Positions 28,775-41,974 are shown, numbered from the stretch's first letter. The stretch: DNA of 64,000 nt from Octopus vulgaris (GCA_951406725.2 OX597833.1:66588001-66652000), one strand, 5' to 3'. The notes: a model not told the origin generated them from the letters alone. A program made the numbers and translations.

Positions 28775-29287
28775 CGCATTAATGCAAAAAATATTGTGTT
28801 TATTGGCTATCTTCAAAATGATCACACCATCAATGGAAAATTTCAATACCAACTTCCTAAGGCAGTTATGAAAGGCTATCAAGACCAAACACCCAGAAAA
28901 AACTGATGAATGGGGTCTTGTTTCATTAAGACAATGCTTCAGCACACAAGTCCTTGGTTTCAATGGCTGCTGTATGTGACTGGATTTGAACTGGTTGATC
29001 ATGCTCTCTATGTTAGTGATTTGGTTCCTTCTGGTTATCATCTGTTTCCCAACATAGAAAAACACTCAGCTGAGCACCAGTATCACTATGATGAGAACAT
29101 CTTATCTGTTGTTGATGACCATTTTGATCAACAGAAAAGCTTCTTCACCAGTGTGACACAAGCACTACAACTACTAATGGAAGTGTGTGGACAGTAAGAG
29201 GAACTATGTTAGAAAATGAACTTTATTTGGTCACATTCCATTGAGAGTGTCTTGCTCAGATTATGAACATTTCAGCCGACCCTCATA
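28775..29287 (+). pseudogene. mariner transposase C-terminal remnant with right TIR
   Basis: FH.DNASAH, GFELVDHALYVSDLVPSGYHLFP (consensus HPPYSPDLAPSDYHLF) and G.YV. Ends ...TTTCAGCCGACCCTCATA. Confidence 0.8.
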
Positions 29288-29410
29288 ATAATAAAAATTA
29301 TTATACCTGCATTTGTTTTAATGTTAGCATTGAGAAAATCCACATTTTTCATTTAAAAAATTAGGACCTGGGTTTGCACCCCTTTAGCAAATTTTGTTGC
29401 TGGGCCACTG

Positions 29411-29630
29411 GAAGTATCAGCACTCAACTACCAACATTGCTGAATATGATCGGTGCAAGTGTGAAGGAGGAACACTTTCAGAAATCAGCATTGTTTTGGA
29501 ACTGCAAGAATTCTTCGCAGGGGTCTTGAAGCATAACCGGTAAAACAAGTGACACCTTAGTCTGCTGGCTGTGGACAGCTGACACTTTCCTTCCTACCCA
29601 GCAAAATAAGCTGTGATTTTTCATCACATA
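29411..29630 (+). mobile_element. 3' remainder of the split Dong-like copy
   Basis: QKSALF/GTARILR motif, a 3' UTR similar to 22100-22183, then (TAA)n. Confidence 0.75.
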
Positions 29631-29650
29631 ATAATAATAATAATGATAAA

Positions 29651-29688
<38 letters not shown>

Positions 29689-29782
29689 TAATAATAATAA
29701 TAATAATAATAATGATAATAATAATGATAATAATAAAAACAATTATTATTATTAATAATAATAATAATGATTAATAATAATG

Positions 29783-29831
<49 letters not shown>

Positions 29832-29886
29832 TAATAATAAAAACAATTATTATTATTAATAATAATAATAATGATTAATAATAATG

Positions 29887-29939
<53 letters not shown>

Positions 29940-30111
29940 GATAATTAATAATTAATAATTATAATAATAATAATAATGATGATGATGATGATAATAATAA
30001 TAATAATAATATTAATTAATAATAATAATGATAATAAAAATAAAAATAATGATAATAATAATAATAATAATGGTGATGATGATGATGATGATGGTGGTGA
30101 TGGTGGTTGTG

Positions 30112-30153
<42 letters not shown>

Positions 30154-30190
30154 GTGATGATGATGATGATGAAGCTGGTGGCGGTGATGG

Positions 30191-30262
<72 letters not shown>

Positions 30263-30360
30263 CGATGATGATGATGATGATGGTGATGATAATGGTGATG
30301 ATGATGATGATGACGATGACGATGATGATAACGACGCCAACGACGATGAGGATAAGGATA
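29630..30360. repeat. (TAA)n/(GAT)n compound microsatellite
   Basis: Direct reading. Confidence 0.95.
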
Positions 30361-30689
30361 ATGTTAAGGATTTGAAGTAATAAGAAGAGAAAAAAAAAAA
30401 CGAAAGAAGTTCAATCTCATTTCTTCTAAATGAAAATTCTTTTTTCCTATTTTTTCCTCCCTTTTTCCTCTTTTTTTCTCCCTTCCTTCTTTATCTTTCT
30501 ATTTTAATTTCCTTTCAGCTCCTTATTTTAGCCTTTGTTCTATGATAAGCAGCCAAGTCGATAAACTGTGCGTATATATTTTTAGTAAATCTAAATTTGT
30601 CGCGTTATTTCATTAGCATCTTGCAGTTATTAACATAACCGTTAGGATTTTTCCAGCAGCAGTGGCAGTAGCAGAAGCAGCAGCAGCAT

Positions 30690-31261
30690 TAGCGTCGTCG
30701 TCGTTGTCATCTCCGTCTTCATCATCGCCATCGTAATCATCACCAAGTTAGGTGTCGTCGTCATCGTCGTCCTCATCATCGTCATCGTCACCCATCATCA
30801 TCATCATCATCATCATCGTCATCCTCATCGTCGACATCGTCGTGTCTTCGTCGTCGTCATCATCATCGTCACCCATCATCATCGTCGTCGTCATCATCAT
30901 CATCGTCATCGTCGTCATCGTCGTGTCTTCGTCGTCATCGTCGTGTCTTCGTCGTCATCGTCGTGTCTTCGTCGTCATCGTCGTGTCTTCGTCGTCATCG
31001 TCGTGTCTTCGTCGTCATCGTCGTGTCTTCGTCGTCGTCATCATCATCGTCACCCATCATCATCATCGTCATCCTCCTCCTCCTCCTCCTCCTCCTCCTC
31101 ATCATCATCATCATTATCATTATCATCATCATCATCATCATCATCATCTTCATCGTCGTGTCATTGTCGTGTCTTCGTCGTCGTCATCTTCATCGTCATC
31201 CTCCTCCTCCTCCTCCTCCTCCTCCTCATCATCATTATTATCATCATCATCATCGTCTTCG

Positions 31262-31293
<32 letters not shown>

Positions 31294-31378
31294 GTCATCG
31301 TCGTCATCGTCGTGTCTTCGTCGTCGTCATCATCATCGTCACCCATCATCATCATCATTGTCATCACCACCGTCATTG

Positions 31379-31439
<61 letters not shown>

Positions 31440-31562
31440 TGTTGTCGTCGTAGTCTTTCTCATCATCGTTGTCGTCCTCATTATCATTGTCATCATCGAC
31501 ACCGCCGTTGTCTTCAGGATCATCATTGTCGTCGTCGTTGTCGTCACCATCATCATCATCAT
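30690..31562. repeat. (TCA/TCG)n tract containing a 20-bp minisatellite
   Basis: TCGTGTCTTCGTCGTCATCG in tandem at 30921-31030. Confidence 0.9.
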
Positions 31563-31714
31563 GACCAATATTCTTAAGAATGGTCTCTAATTTAGACACA
31601 ATCCCAGAAGTGTTGTTGTATCTCGGGAGGGTCATTATACCAGTAGTAATCACACCCTCCGGTTCTATTTCACTTCTTAATTTCATAAGTGCTTAACCAT
31701 TATTAATGTTGGTA

Positions 31715-31873
31715 GTTCAGTGCTGATTATTCCAAATGCACCAATTACTATTGCTATCACTCCCGCTCCCTTCCTTGACCACCACTTTCGTATTTCCCAC
31801 TTTAAATCTTCATACTTGTTTGCTTTTCCTACTTCTTTCTTTCACATTGATCCTGTTGCTACCGGGGCATGCT
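31715..31873 (-). mobile_element. short Dong-like fragment
   Basis: Reverse complement closely matches 22255-22400 and starts at the same base next to (TAA)n. Confidence 0.8.
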
Positions 31874-31906
31874 ATTATTATTATTATCATTATTATTATT
31901 ATTATC

Positions 31907-32020
<114 letters not shown>

Positions 32021-32260
32021 GAGTGAGAGAGTAGTGCATGCCATCAAAGGGACACTGCGATAAAATATACGAAGCCCAGTATACCCATCATGACTACCCG
32101 TCTGATAAGAGTACACCAGGACATGCTCAACTGGTTAAGGTCAAACAACTGACAAGCAAATCTGTGGTATTGAGCAGAATATTTGCTGTAGCCCATCTTT
32201 TATACCAAGACAAAACAATGTACATGATGACACTTCCAATCAGTTAAGATCAGAAGCCAT
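32021..32260 (-). mobile_element. family C element, internally deleted
   Basis: Both terminal regions match the reverse complement of 16441-16992. Confidence 0.8.
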
Positions 32261-32559
32261 TCTTCTTCTTCTTCTTCTTCTTCTTCTTCTTCTTCTTCTT
32301 CTTCTTCTTCTTCTATCCTTCTTCTTCTCCTCCTTCTTCTTCTATCCTTCTTCTTCTATCCTTCTTCTTCTTCTTCTTCTTCTTCTTCTTCTTCTTCTTC
32401 TTCTTCCTCCTCTTCTCCTTCTTCTATCCTACTTCTTCTTCTTCTCCTTCTTCTTCTTCTTCTTCTTCTTCTCCTCCTCCTCCTTCTTCTATCCTACTTC
32501 TTCTTCTTCTTCTTCTTCCTCTTCCTCCTTCTCCTTCCTTCCTCCTTCTCCTTCCTTCC

Positions 32560-32591
<32 letters not shown>

Positions 32592-32979
32592 CTTCTACTT
32601 CTTCTTTTTCTTCTTTTTCTTCTACTTCTTTTTCTTCTTTTTCTTCTTTTTCTTCTTTTTCTTCTTCTTCTTCTTCTTCTTCTTCTTCTTCTTCTTCTTC
32701 TTCTTCCTCTTCCTCCTCCTCTTCCTCCTCCTCCTTCTTCTCCTCCTCCGCCTTCTTCCTCTTTCCTTTGCATAGTTTCTAACGCTGGAGATGTACTACG
32801 GTGTCACTAACAGATTAATCGTTGAGTAAAAAATGTTAGGTTTCTCAAAGTTCTTTCGTCCCAATTCGTGACCTGATCGTTAGCATGGACCTGATCGCTA
32901 CCCCAGGTCTGCTTCAGGCCTCTGCTTGATAAACCCAGCTGATTGAGTAACAGAACCATTACTCAAGTAACCATTACTC

Positions 32980-33426
32980 AGACCGGGCATTGTGAGTGTT
33001 TATTGAGCGGAAACACCTAAAGCTCCACGAGGCTCCGGCAGAGGGAAAGGGTGGCGACCCTGCTGTACTCTTTCACCACAACTTTCTCTCACTCTTTCTT
33101 CCTGTTTCTATTGTATCTGTATTTCAAAGGGCCAGCCTCGTCACACTGTGTGTCACGCTGAATCTCCCCGAGAACTACATTAAGGATACAAGTGTCTGTG
33201 GAGTGCTCAGCCACTTGCATCATTAATAAATGAGCTGCGACGTCACTGGTGCCAAGCTGTATCGGCCCCTTTGCCTTTCCTTTGGATAACATCAGTGGCG
33301 TGGAGAGGGGAATCTGGTATGCGTGGGCGACTGCTGGTTTTCCATAAACAACCTTGCCCAGACTTGTGCCACGGAGGGTAACTTTCTAGGTGCAATCCCA
33401 TGGTCATTCATAACCGAAGGGGGTCA
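32980..33426 (+). mobile_element. SINE family D body (head missing)
   Basis: GC-richer island. Shares ccctgctg.actctttca with 35730-35770 and ends at a TA tract. Confidence 0.5.
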
Positions 33427-33452
33427 CAACATATATATATACACATATATAT

Positions 33453-33514
<62 letters not shown>

Positions 33515-33830
33515 ATATACGTGTATATATATATGTAAGGAAAAGAGAGGGATGTAGCAGCTGGATATACATGTGTGCGTGTGTGTTTGTGCGTCAGAGT
33601 ACTATAAACCGATATAAGCATTTTATTTTATTGTCGTAGATGCTTATTACATTACAGAAAGCAATTTTGTTCAATATTGGCTTTTCTATACAAAAAGAGA
33701 TATGTATTGGCGTACTGCATAAGAATTAAAGATGTATGAAGGATAGAAATCTCTCCTTAAAAAAGACAGCAATAGTGAGTGCTATACTATACATACATAC
33801 ATACACATATATATATATATATATATATAC

Positions 33831-33890
<60 letters not shown>

Positions 33891-34345
33891 AGGCGTTCAA
33901 ATTAGACAATAACAGAGGTTAAGTAGATTGGATGAGCTGGGCCTGAGGAAACAGAAATATAATTTTTCTATAAATGTTGAGTTGTACGCGACATTCAGGA
34001 AACTTGAAGTCGTCCATTTTGCTAGAATATTCAAAATAGTGTGAAGGAAGAGCCGAAAGCCATTGTATCGGGGAATGTATAAATAAATAAATGAATAAAT
34101 ACACTGAAAGACAAGTAAAATAACAGAGAAGAAGAAGAAGAACAACAAAAAGACGAGAATTAAAACAAAATGTTTCGTTCATTTTTTTTTCTTCCTTTAT
34201 TATTTTCTCTTTTGCTATTTTCGATCTCAAGTGCGATGGTCATTACTCAGGCGAATTAAATTCATATATATATATATATATGTGTATATACATATATACA
34301 CATATATGTGTATGTGTATATACATATATACACATATATGTGTAT

Positions 34346-34376
<31 letters not shown>

Positions 34377-34459
34377 CATATATATGTATATGTATATATA
34401 TGTAATTATATATACATATAATTTCATATATAATTACATATATATACATATATATGTAT

Positions 34460-34511
<52 letters not shown>

Positions 34512-34655
34512 GTATACATATATATGTATATGTATATATATGTAATTATATATACATATAATTTCATATGTATGTATGTGTCTACATGTATATATATATA
34601 TAATACACAAATATATACGTATATATATATATATAATTTCATACGTATATACGTA

Positions 34656-34700
<45 letters not shown>

Positions 34701-35585
34701 GTCTACCTACACAATACAGATATATATATATATTTATGTATCTATATATATATATATACATATATAAATATATATTTATATATATATACACGCAAACATA
34801 TATATATATATGCATATATACACATGTACCTATCTATGTATCTATCTATCTATCTCTGTACAAACATACACACACATATATACGCAAACGCACACTCACA
34901 CATATACATGCCTACATTCATACATACATATATACATACATAGATATTTGAATCCCAAAATACCCTCGATCCAATTCACTCAATACATCGATTTGAAAGA
35001 AAACTAATTGTTGATAGCAACGAGACTATTTTTGCCATTACAAACATACACAGAAATAAGACATGCGCACGCACAAAAACACACAACAGCTAAAGACAAA
35101 CATACGAGCACACATATCTACGCACAACCCAACACATTTCTATATCTAGTTAAGCGCGCTTATATATTCAATGATGTGAAGTATAAAAATATCTTAATCA
35201 ATGATAATTTAAACCTTAATGACAAAATATTAACTTTTATGTTAATTCCTTTTCAAGAAATGTAAGTTTTAATGTGTGTTTGTGTGAGTGTTTTTTATTA
35301 TTATTATTAGTCTTTGTTATTTCGTTTCTTGTCGAGTAAAAATAAACCTTTTTATGATCAAAACCTTTCCGACTGCCACCAAAGCACCTAATCTTCTTAG
35401 ATTACGTTACCACTTGTGTCTTTCTGGTCTTCAGACATTTGTTGTGATGATATAAAGGAGAATTAGCTATTATTTATAGGAATTCTTGTCGCCACATATA
35501 TGTATGTCCTACGTTACTGACACGCAGTTATGGTACAACCTGAGCGTGCTATCGATCTAATCGTTAAATATTCGTATATATGTAT

Positions 35586-35663
<78 letters not shown>

Positions 35664-35666
<3 letters not shown>

Positions 35667-35879
35667 GGCGCAATGGCCCAGTGGTTAGAGCAGCGGGCTC
35701 GCGGTCGTAGGATCGCGGTTTCGGGGGGAGGTGATCCCTGCTGCACTCTTTCATCACTCCTCTCACTCTTTCGTCTGTTGGCCTGCTCGCTTAGCCAGCG
35801 GGGTGGTGTCATTCGAAAGCTTAAACAATTGTGACCAGCGGTGTGTAGCAACATCTGATGGCCTGGTCGGTCACGTGAT

Positions 35880-35887
<8 letters not shown>
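35664..35887 (+). mobile_element. tRNA-derived SINE (family D-related), internally deleted
   Basis: Head GGCGCAATGGCCCAGTGGTTAGAGCAGCG (box A) ... GGTTTCG (start of box B). Confidence 0.65.
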
Positions 35888-35927
<40 letters not shown>

Positions 35928-35971
35928 ATCACGTGACCGACCAGGCCATCAGATGTTGCTACACACCGCTG
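35836..35971. repeat. perfect 136-bp palindrome centred on (TA)n
   Basis: CAGCGGTGTG...CACGTGA (TA)n TCACGTG...CACACCGCTG. Confidence 0.9.
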
Positions 35972-36082
35972 TGTGTATATATATACACACATATATAAAT
36001 ATGCGAATATTTATAGGCATATTCACATATACGTATGTGTGTATTTACAAGCTGCATTTTATCAAGAAAAAAGACAGCATAT

Positions 36083-36294
36083 TTACTCTTACTCTTTTTC
36101 TCTTTTTACTTGTTTCAGTCATTTTGACTGCGGCCATTCTGGAGCACCGCCTTTAGTCGAGCAACTCGACCCCAGGACTTATTCCTTGTAAGCCCAGTAC
36201 TTATTCTATCGGTCTCTTTTGCCGAACCGCTAGGTGACGGGGACATAAACACACCAGCATCGGTTGTCAAGCAATGCTAGGGGGCCAAACACAG

Positions 36295-36355
<61 letters not shown>

Positions 36356-36505
36356 TACGACGGGCTTCTTTCAGTTTCCGTCTACCAAATCCACTCACAA
36401 GGCTATAGTAGAAGACACTTGCCCAAGGTGCCGCGCAGTTGGACTGAACCCGGAACCATGTGGCTGGTAAACAAGCAACTTACTACACAGCCACTCCTGC
36501 GCCTG
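36083..36505 (-). mobile_element. SINE family A
   Basis: Full copy with a small deletion. Confidence 0.9.
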
Positions 36506-36771
36506 TACTCTAGAAGTTTATCATTTAGTGAACGTTATCTTCTGTTCACGTTATTTTACTTGCAACTTGAGATCCACACCAGCGACATCATTATTTGTGA
36601 AGGGTTCATCTGGTCATCGCAGTAACACGAACGTGTGTCCATGAGTTGCAAAATGGAGTTCGTCGTAAATTGAATATATGTATACGATATATACACACAA
36701 ATTGAATTATAATGTATATATGTATGCTATTAAGGTCCTCATTTTTGATAAATGAATAAATAATTCAACAT

Positions 36772-37141
36772 ATAGGCGCAGGAGTGGCTGTGTGGTAAGT
36801 AGCTAGCTAACCAACCACACGGTTGCGGGTTCAGTCCCACTGCGTGGCATCTTGGGCAAGTGTCTTCTGCTATAGCCCCGGGCCGACCAATGCCTTGTGA
36901 GTGGATTTGGTAGACGGAAACTGAAAGAAGCCTGTCGTATATATGTATATATATGTATATGTGTGTGTGTTTGTGTGTCTGTGTTTGTCCCCCTAGCATT
37001 GCTTGACAACCGATGCTGGTGTGTTTACGTCCCCGTCACTTAGCGGTTCGGCAAAAAGAGACCGATAGAATAAGTACTAAAAGGTGGTGCTCCAGCATGG
37101 CCGCAGTCAAATGACTGAAACAAGTAAAAGAGTAAAAGAGT
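36772..37141 (+). mobile_element. SINE family A
   Basis: Full copy with a deletion before the tail. Confidence 0.9.
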
Positions 37142-37194
37142 ATTCTAATAAAAGCTGATGAACCAACTAAATTGTTTTTCCATTTTCTTATTTG

Positions 37195-37314
<120 letters not shown>

Positions 37315-37328
37315 ATATATATATATAA

Positions 37329-37536
37329 AGGGAAAGTTTACGAAAATAAACAAAAAAACGAAGGCAGGTGGAGTACAAACAAACAAATGTATTAGTATAG
37401 CGCTCAGGAATACAAAAAGTATTTACGTTTCCAGCCTACGCTCTTCGACAGAAAGATACAGGGAAAAAAACAAGAAGAGAAACAAGGAGAAAAAAAGGAG
37501 AGAAAAATAGATTTAAAAAATGCGAGAAAACTCGCG
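37329..37536 (-). mobile_element. hammerhead element family H2 (motif at 37420-37457, degenerate)
   Basis: Minus strand TTT-CTGTCGA-A-GAGC-gtag-GCTG-GAAA-CGT-A-AAT. Homologous to 57833-58082. Confidence 0.7.
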
Positions 37537-37561
37537 TATATATATGTGTATATGTATATAA

Positions 37562-37624
<63 letters not shown>

Positions 37625-37625
37625 T

Positions 37626-37827
37626 AATTAATCCCAAAATCGAAGAAAAACACACAAAAAAACAACAACACGAGGACGTGGTACATGCAAAGTATTAATA
37701 AGACGCTCAGGATAGGAAAGAAAGGTTGTTTAACGTTTCGAGCAGAGCTCTTCATCAGAAATATAGAAAAAGTCATAAGAAGGGAAGACGGAGAAAGAAA
37801 ATCGCCAACGATACACACGCGGTCACA
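37626..37827 (-). mobile_element. hammerhead element family H1
   Basis: Homologous to 18783-18995. TA repeats on both sides. Confidence 0.75.
37727..37763 (-). ncRNA. minimal type I hammerhead ribozyme motif, canonical core
   Basis: TTT-CTGATGA-A-GAGC-tct-GCTC-GAAA-C-GT-T-AAA. Confidence 0.7.
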
Positions 37828-37919
37828 TACATATACATTTATGTATATATATATGTATATACATATATTCATATTCCTCTATCTCTCCCTCTCTGTATAC
37901 ATATATATATATATATAGA

Positions 37920-38082
37920 TATTCTTTTATTTTTATCTAGTTTCAGCTCACAATCTGTGGCCATGCTGGGGCACCGCCATTTGGTGTTGCTACATGATTT
38001 TACTTCACGAATGCTTTTTAGCAATTGCCATTTGGTGCATGAGAGAGTTCGATGTAGCTGCCCTCATCTGCACCTCCTGCCG

Positions 38083-38083
<1 letters not shown>
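37920..38083 (-). mobile_element. 3' end of a retroelement sharing the family A tail
   Basis: GGCGGTGCCCCAGCATGGCCACAG...CTGAAACTAGATAAAA preceded by sequence unrelated to SINE A. Confidence 0.6.
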
Positions 38084-38119
<36 letters not shown>

Positions 38120-38188
38120 AGACATCGGCATACATATATATACTATATATATATATATATATTGACATCTCTCTCTATATCTCCCACA

Positions 38189-38225
<37 letters not shown>

Positions 38226-38942
38226 TAGATATCCGCATACATATACATGCTTATATATCTGCATATATATATATACACACATATATGCATGCATGAATGA
38301 ATGTACGGACATACATACACATATACGTGCCAAAATGCAGTCATATTCGGCGTTCCCCTTTTAGACGTTGTTGCCACCTTGTTAGAATCACCATTATTCT
38401 GAAATAATTTAAAGATATTGGAGTTTTGCTTCTGCTGAATAAATAAGTTTAAATTTCCATTTAAACACAGTATAAATATGGCAGGAATAGAATGTTGGAG
38501 TAAACTACAATGAAATTAATTATTAATTATTAAAATAACTTTAGAATCATTCATTTTCGACCACCTCTTTCGAACCATTCTTCTTCTTCAACCCGCTAGC
38601 GTTCCCATATTCAATGTGTCATTTTCTTTCGCTTCTTTATTCTTCATTTTGTATGCATGCAAAAGAGTGCACGTATGCGCGTGGACATGTGTGTATATAA
38701 TGTATGTGCATGTGTATACGTGTGTGTGTGTTCGTAAGCTTGGTTGTGTGAGTTAGTGATAGGGAAAAAGAGAGAGAAAGAAATAAGGAGAGGGAGAGAA
38801 AGAGAGCAAGTGAAGGATTATTTTACAGTTTAACACTTCTGCACGTTTTTACATTCGCATCAATATTGTATCCTTTTGTCTTGTCTATCGACATGATATA
38901 TATGTATGTATATATGTATATATGCATATATGTATATATGTA

Positions 38943-38982
<40 letters not shown>

Positions 38983-39086
38983 TATATATACACACATATA
39001 CATATACACACACACACATATATATATACACATATATATATACACATACACATATATATACACATATATATATACACACACATATT

Positions 39087-39119
<33 letters not shown>

Positions 39120-39839
39120 GTATACACACTCACACACACACATATATATATACACACTCAAACACGTACATTTAAATATATATATGTATATATGCACGTA
39201 TATGCGAATATATATATATTATACATACACGTATACACACATGCATATATATATGTATATACATGCACATATATATATATATACATATATATATATATGT
39301 GAAATTGAATTCATTTATGTTTGTACACATATGTATATATATGTATGTATGTAGACACACACACAAACGCACAAACGCGTGCACATGCACATATATATCT
39401 GTATAAATATATTTATGTAGAATATACATAAATATAGGTGTGTGTGTGTGTGTGTGTGTGTTCAGCATATATCTCGAAGATGTGTAACTTTACAAATAAC
39501 ATTATATATATATGTATACGTGTATGCACGCGTGTGTGTGTGTGTGTATGAATGTATGTGCAAATACTGGCGCTTCTGGACTCGTTAGAGATGGATGGAT
39601 GCAGAATATGAGATGACGAACAGACAGAGCAACTGGGAAGAGCGAGTGTATTTTGGAAATATATAAATGCTCGTAATTTTTAGCTGCGCAGATTTCCATA
39701 AATGATGAATAGCAAGAAGTTGCGAATTATAAAATAAAGTTATGAATATATAATTGAGATTTTATCTAAACTTTACAAATATGTATATATATAAATATAT
39801 ATGAATATATATATTTATATGTATATATATGTTTCTATG

Positions 39840-39889
<50 letters not shown>

Positions 39890-39984
39890 TATACACTAGT
39901 TAAGCAAATTCATGCTGCATACGTGCACGATTGCAAACATTATATATCTTTATCTATATCTATCTATCTCTCTCTATATATATG

Positions 39985-40101
<117 letters not shown>

Positions 40102-40238
40102 ATACATACACACACACACACACACATATATATATAAATATATATATACACATATACATATTTATATAAATATGTGTTTGAATAAACAATTATTTATGGT
40201 GTATAAATTTACACATATATCTATAAGTATGTATATAT

Positions 40239-40300
<62 letters not shown>

Positions 40301-40440
40301 ATCTTTATACATATATGAATATATTTATACTTATATATGTATGTGTGTAAACAACTACATGTGTATATATATATATATCTATCTATATATACATATATAT
40401 ATATATATGTTTATTTATATATCTATATATCTATATATAT

Positions 40441-40474
<34 letters not shown>

Positions 40475-40865
40475 CGTTACGTATGTTACGTGAATGTATG
40501 AATATAAACATGTATAATTATGTATATGAGCAAATAGATTTATTTATTTGAGGCCGTTCGAATGGCTAACACTCTTCTTAGTTGACCATTGTTGCAAACG
40601 TTACTCGGAATTGTTGTGAATCATCGACAGAAGTAATTCGGTTTTATGTGCTGCTTTTTGTCATGTCGTTTTGCACGTGTATCCGTAATTGCCATGAAGT
40701 GACAATGAATATTTATTGACTGATGAACAAATGGTACGACGGAGATAACCTGCATATTTCTTAAACGCAATGATAAGATCCAAAAAGTTGTACCCCTTTC
40801 TGGTCTTGTAAACGCTTCTTTACCACCAAGACAGGAATATTCCATACATGCATACCTGCATACAT

Positions 40866-40984
40866 ACATACGGTCATATCACTTTGAAAACACCGGTTCT
40901 CGTCCGATCACCGAAGTAAAGCAAAGTCGAGCCCAGTTAGTACTTAGACGGGTGACCGCTTGGGAAACCCAGGTGCTGTAAACG
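40866..40984 (+). rRNA. 5S rRNA gene copy, probably a pseudogene
   Basis: TACGGTCATATCAC...GAAAACACCGGTTCTCGTCCGATCACCGAAGT..AGCAA...TTAGTACTTAGACGGGTGACCGCTTGGGAA...GGTGCTGTA matches the metazoan 5S consensus. It is solitary, has several substitutions and lacks a T-run terminator. Confidence 0.85.
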
Positions 40985-40991
40985 TATTTCG

Positions 40992-41397
40992 ATAGGCACA
41001 GGAGTGGCTGTGTTGTAAGCAACTTGCTTACTAATCACATGGTTCCGGGTTCAGTCCCACTGCGTGGCACTTTGGGCAAGTGTCTTCTACTATAGCCTAG
41101 GGCCGACCAAAGCCTTGTGAGTGGGTTTGTTAGACGGAAACTGAAAGAAGCCCTTCGTATATATGTATACATATATGTGTGTGTGCGTGTTTGTGTGTCT
41201 GTGTTTGTCCCCAACATTGCTTGACAACCGATGCTGGTGTGTTTACGTCCCCGTCACTTAGCGGTTCGGAAAAAGAGACCGATAGAATAAGTACTAGGCC
41301 TACAAAGAATAAGTTCTGGGGTCGATTTGCTCGACTAAAGGCGGCGCTCCGGCATAGCCGCAGTCAAATGACTGAAACAAGTAAAAGAGTAAAGAGT
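40992..41397 (+). mobile_element. SINE family A, full length
   Basis: Complete copy starting a few bases after the 5S sequence. Confidence 0.9.
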
Positions 41398-41684
41398 ATA
41401 CATACATACATATTTATGTATGTATGGATATGTAACACACTGCCTAAATACCAATCTCAAAACCAGAAAGGAGAAAGCTAATTCGAAGACTACAGATCCA
41501 ATCCATCACTGGAACTGTAACAGTCTGTAAAACTTCCCAGAAATTTATCATTCAAATATTTGTGAACATTTCTAGATAGCAACCTTATGCATGAGAATAC
41601 ATACATAAAGCATTCAAATCTGCACATACATACATATGCATACATACATACATACATTCATACATACATACATACATACATACA

Positions 41685-41716
<32 letters not shown>

Positions 41717-41974
41717 CATAGATACATATACATACATACATACATACATACACACATACATACATACATACATACATACATACATACATACATACATACA
41801 TACATACAAATTTACCCTGTTGTTGATGTTGAAATTCCAATGAAGGTGCCTTGTATCTAGGTTAGAAACCAATTCTTTCTCTATTGGCAAGAAATCCTGA
41901 AATAAAACTGAATAATCTTTTCTATCTTAGGCACGAGGCCCGAAATTTTCTGGGAGGGGGCCTTCGAGAACCTA

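Larger units (their letters stand above)
22401..29410. mobile_element. 7-kb hAT-like non-autonomous DNA transposon with nested cargo
   Basis: 8-bp TSD GAAGTATC (22393-22400 and 29411-29418). Imperfect 16-bp TIRs CAAGGGCCCGGGAACA / TGTTGCTGGGCCACTG (12/16). Subterminal GGGGTGCA/TGCACCCC motifs at both ends. Cleanly interrupts a Dong-like element. Confidence 0.8.

Noticed and set aside
33897-34148. Possible PLE endonuclease tail (IEKLYFCFLRPS), and similarly ORF 1524..1709
   Set aside because: Similarity is too slight to call by eye.
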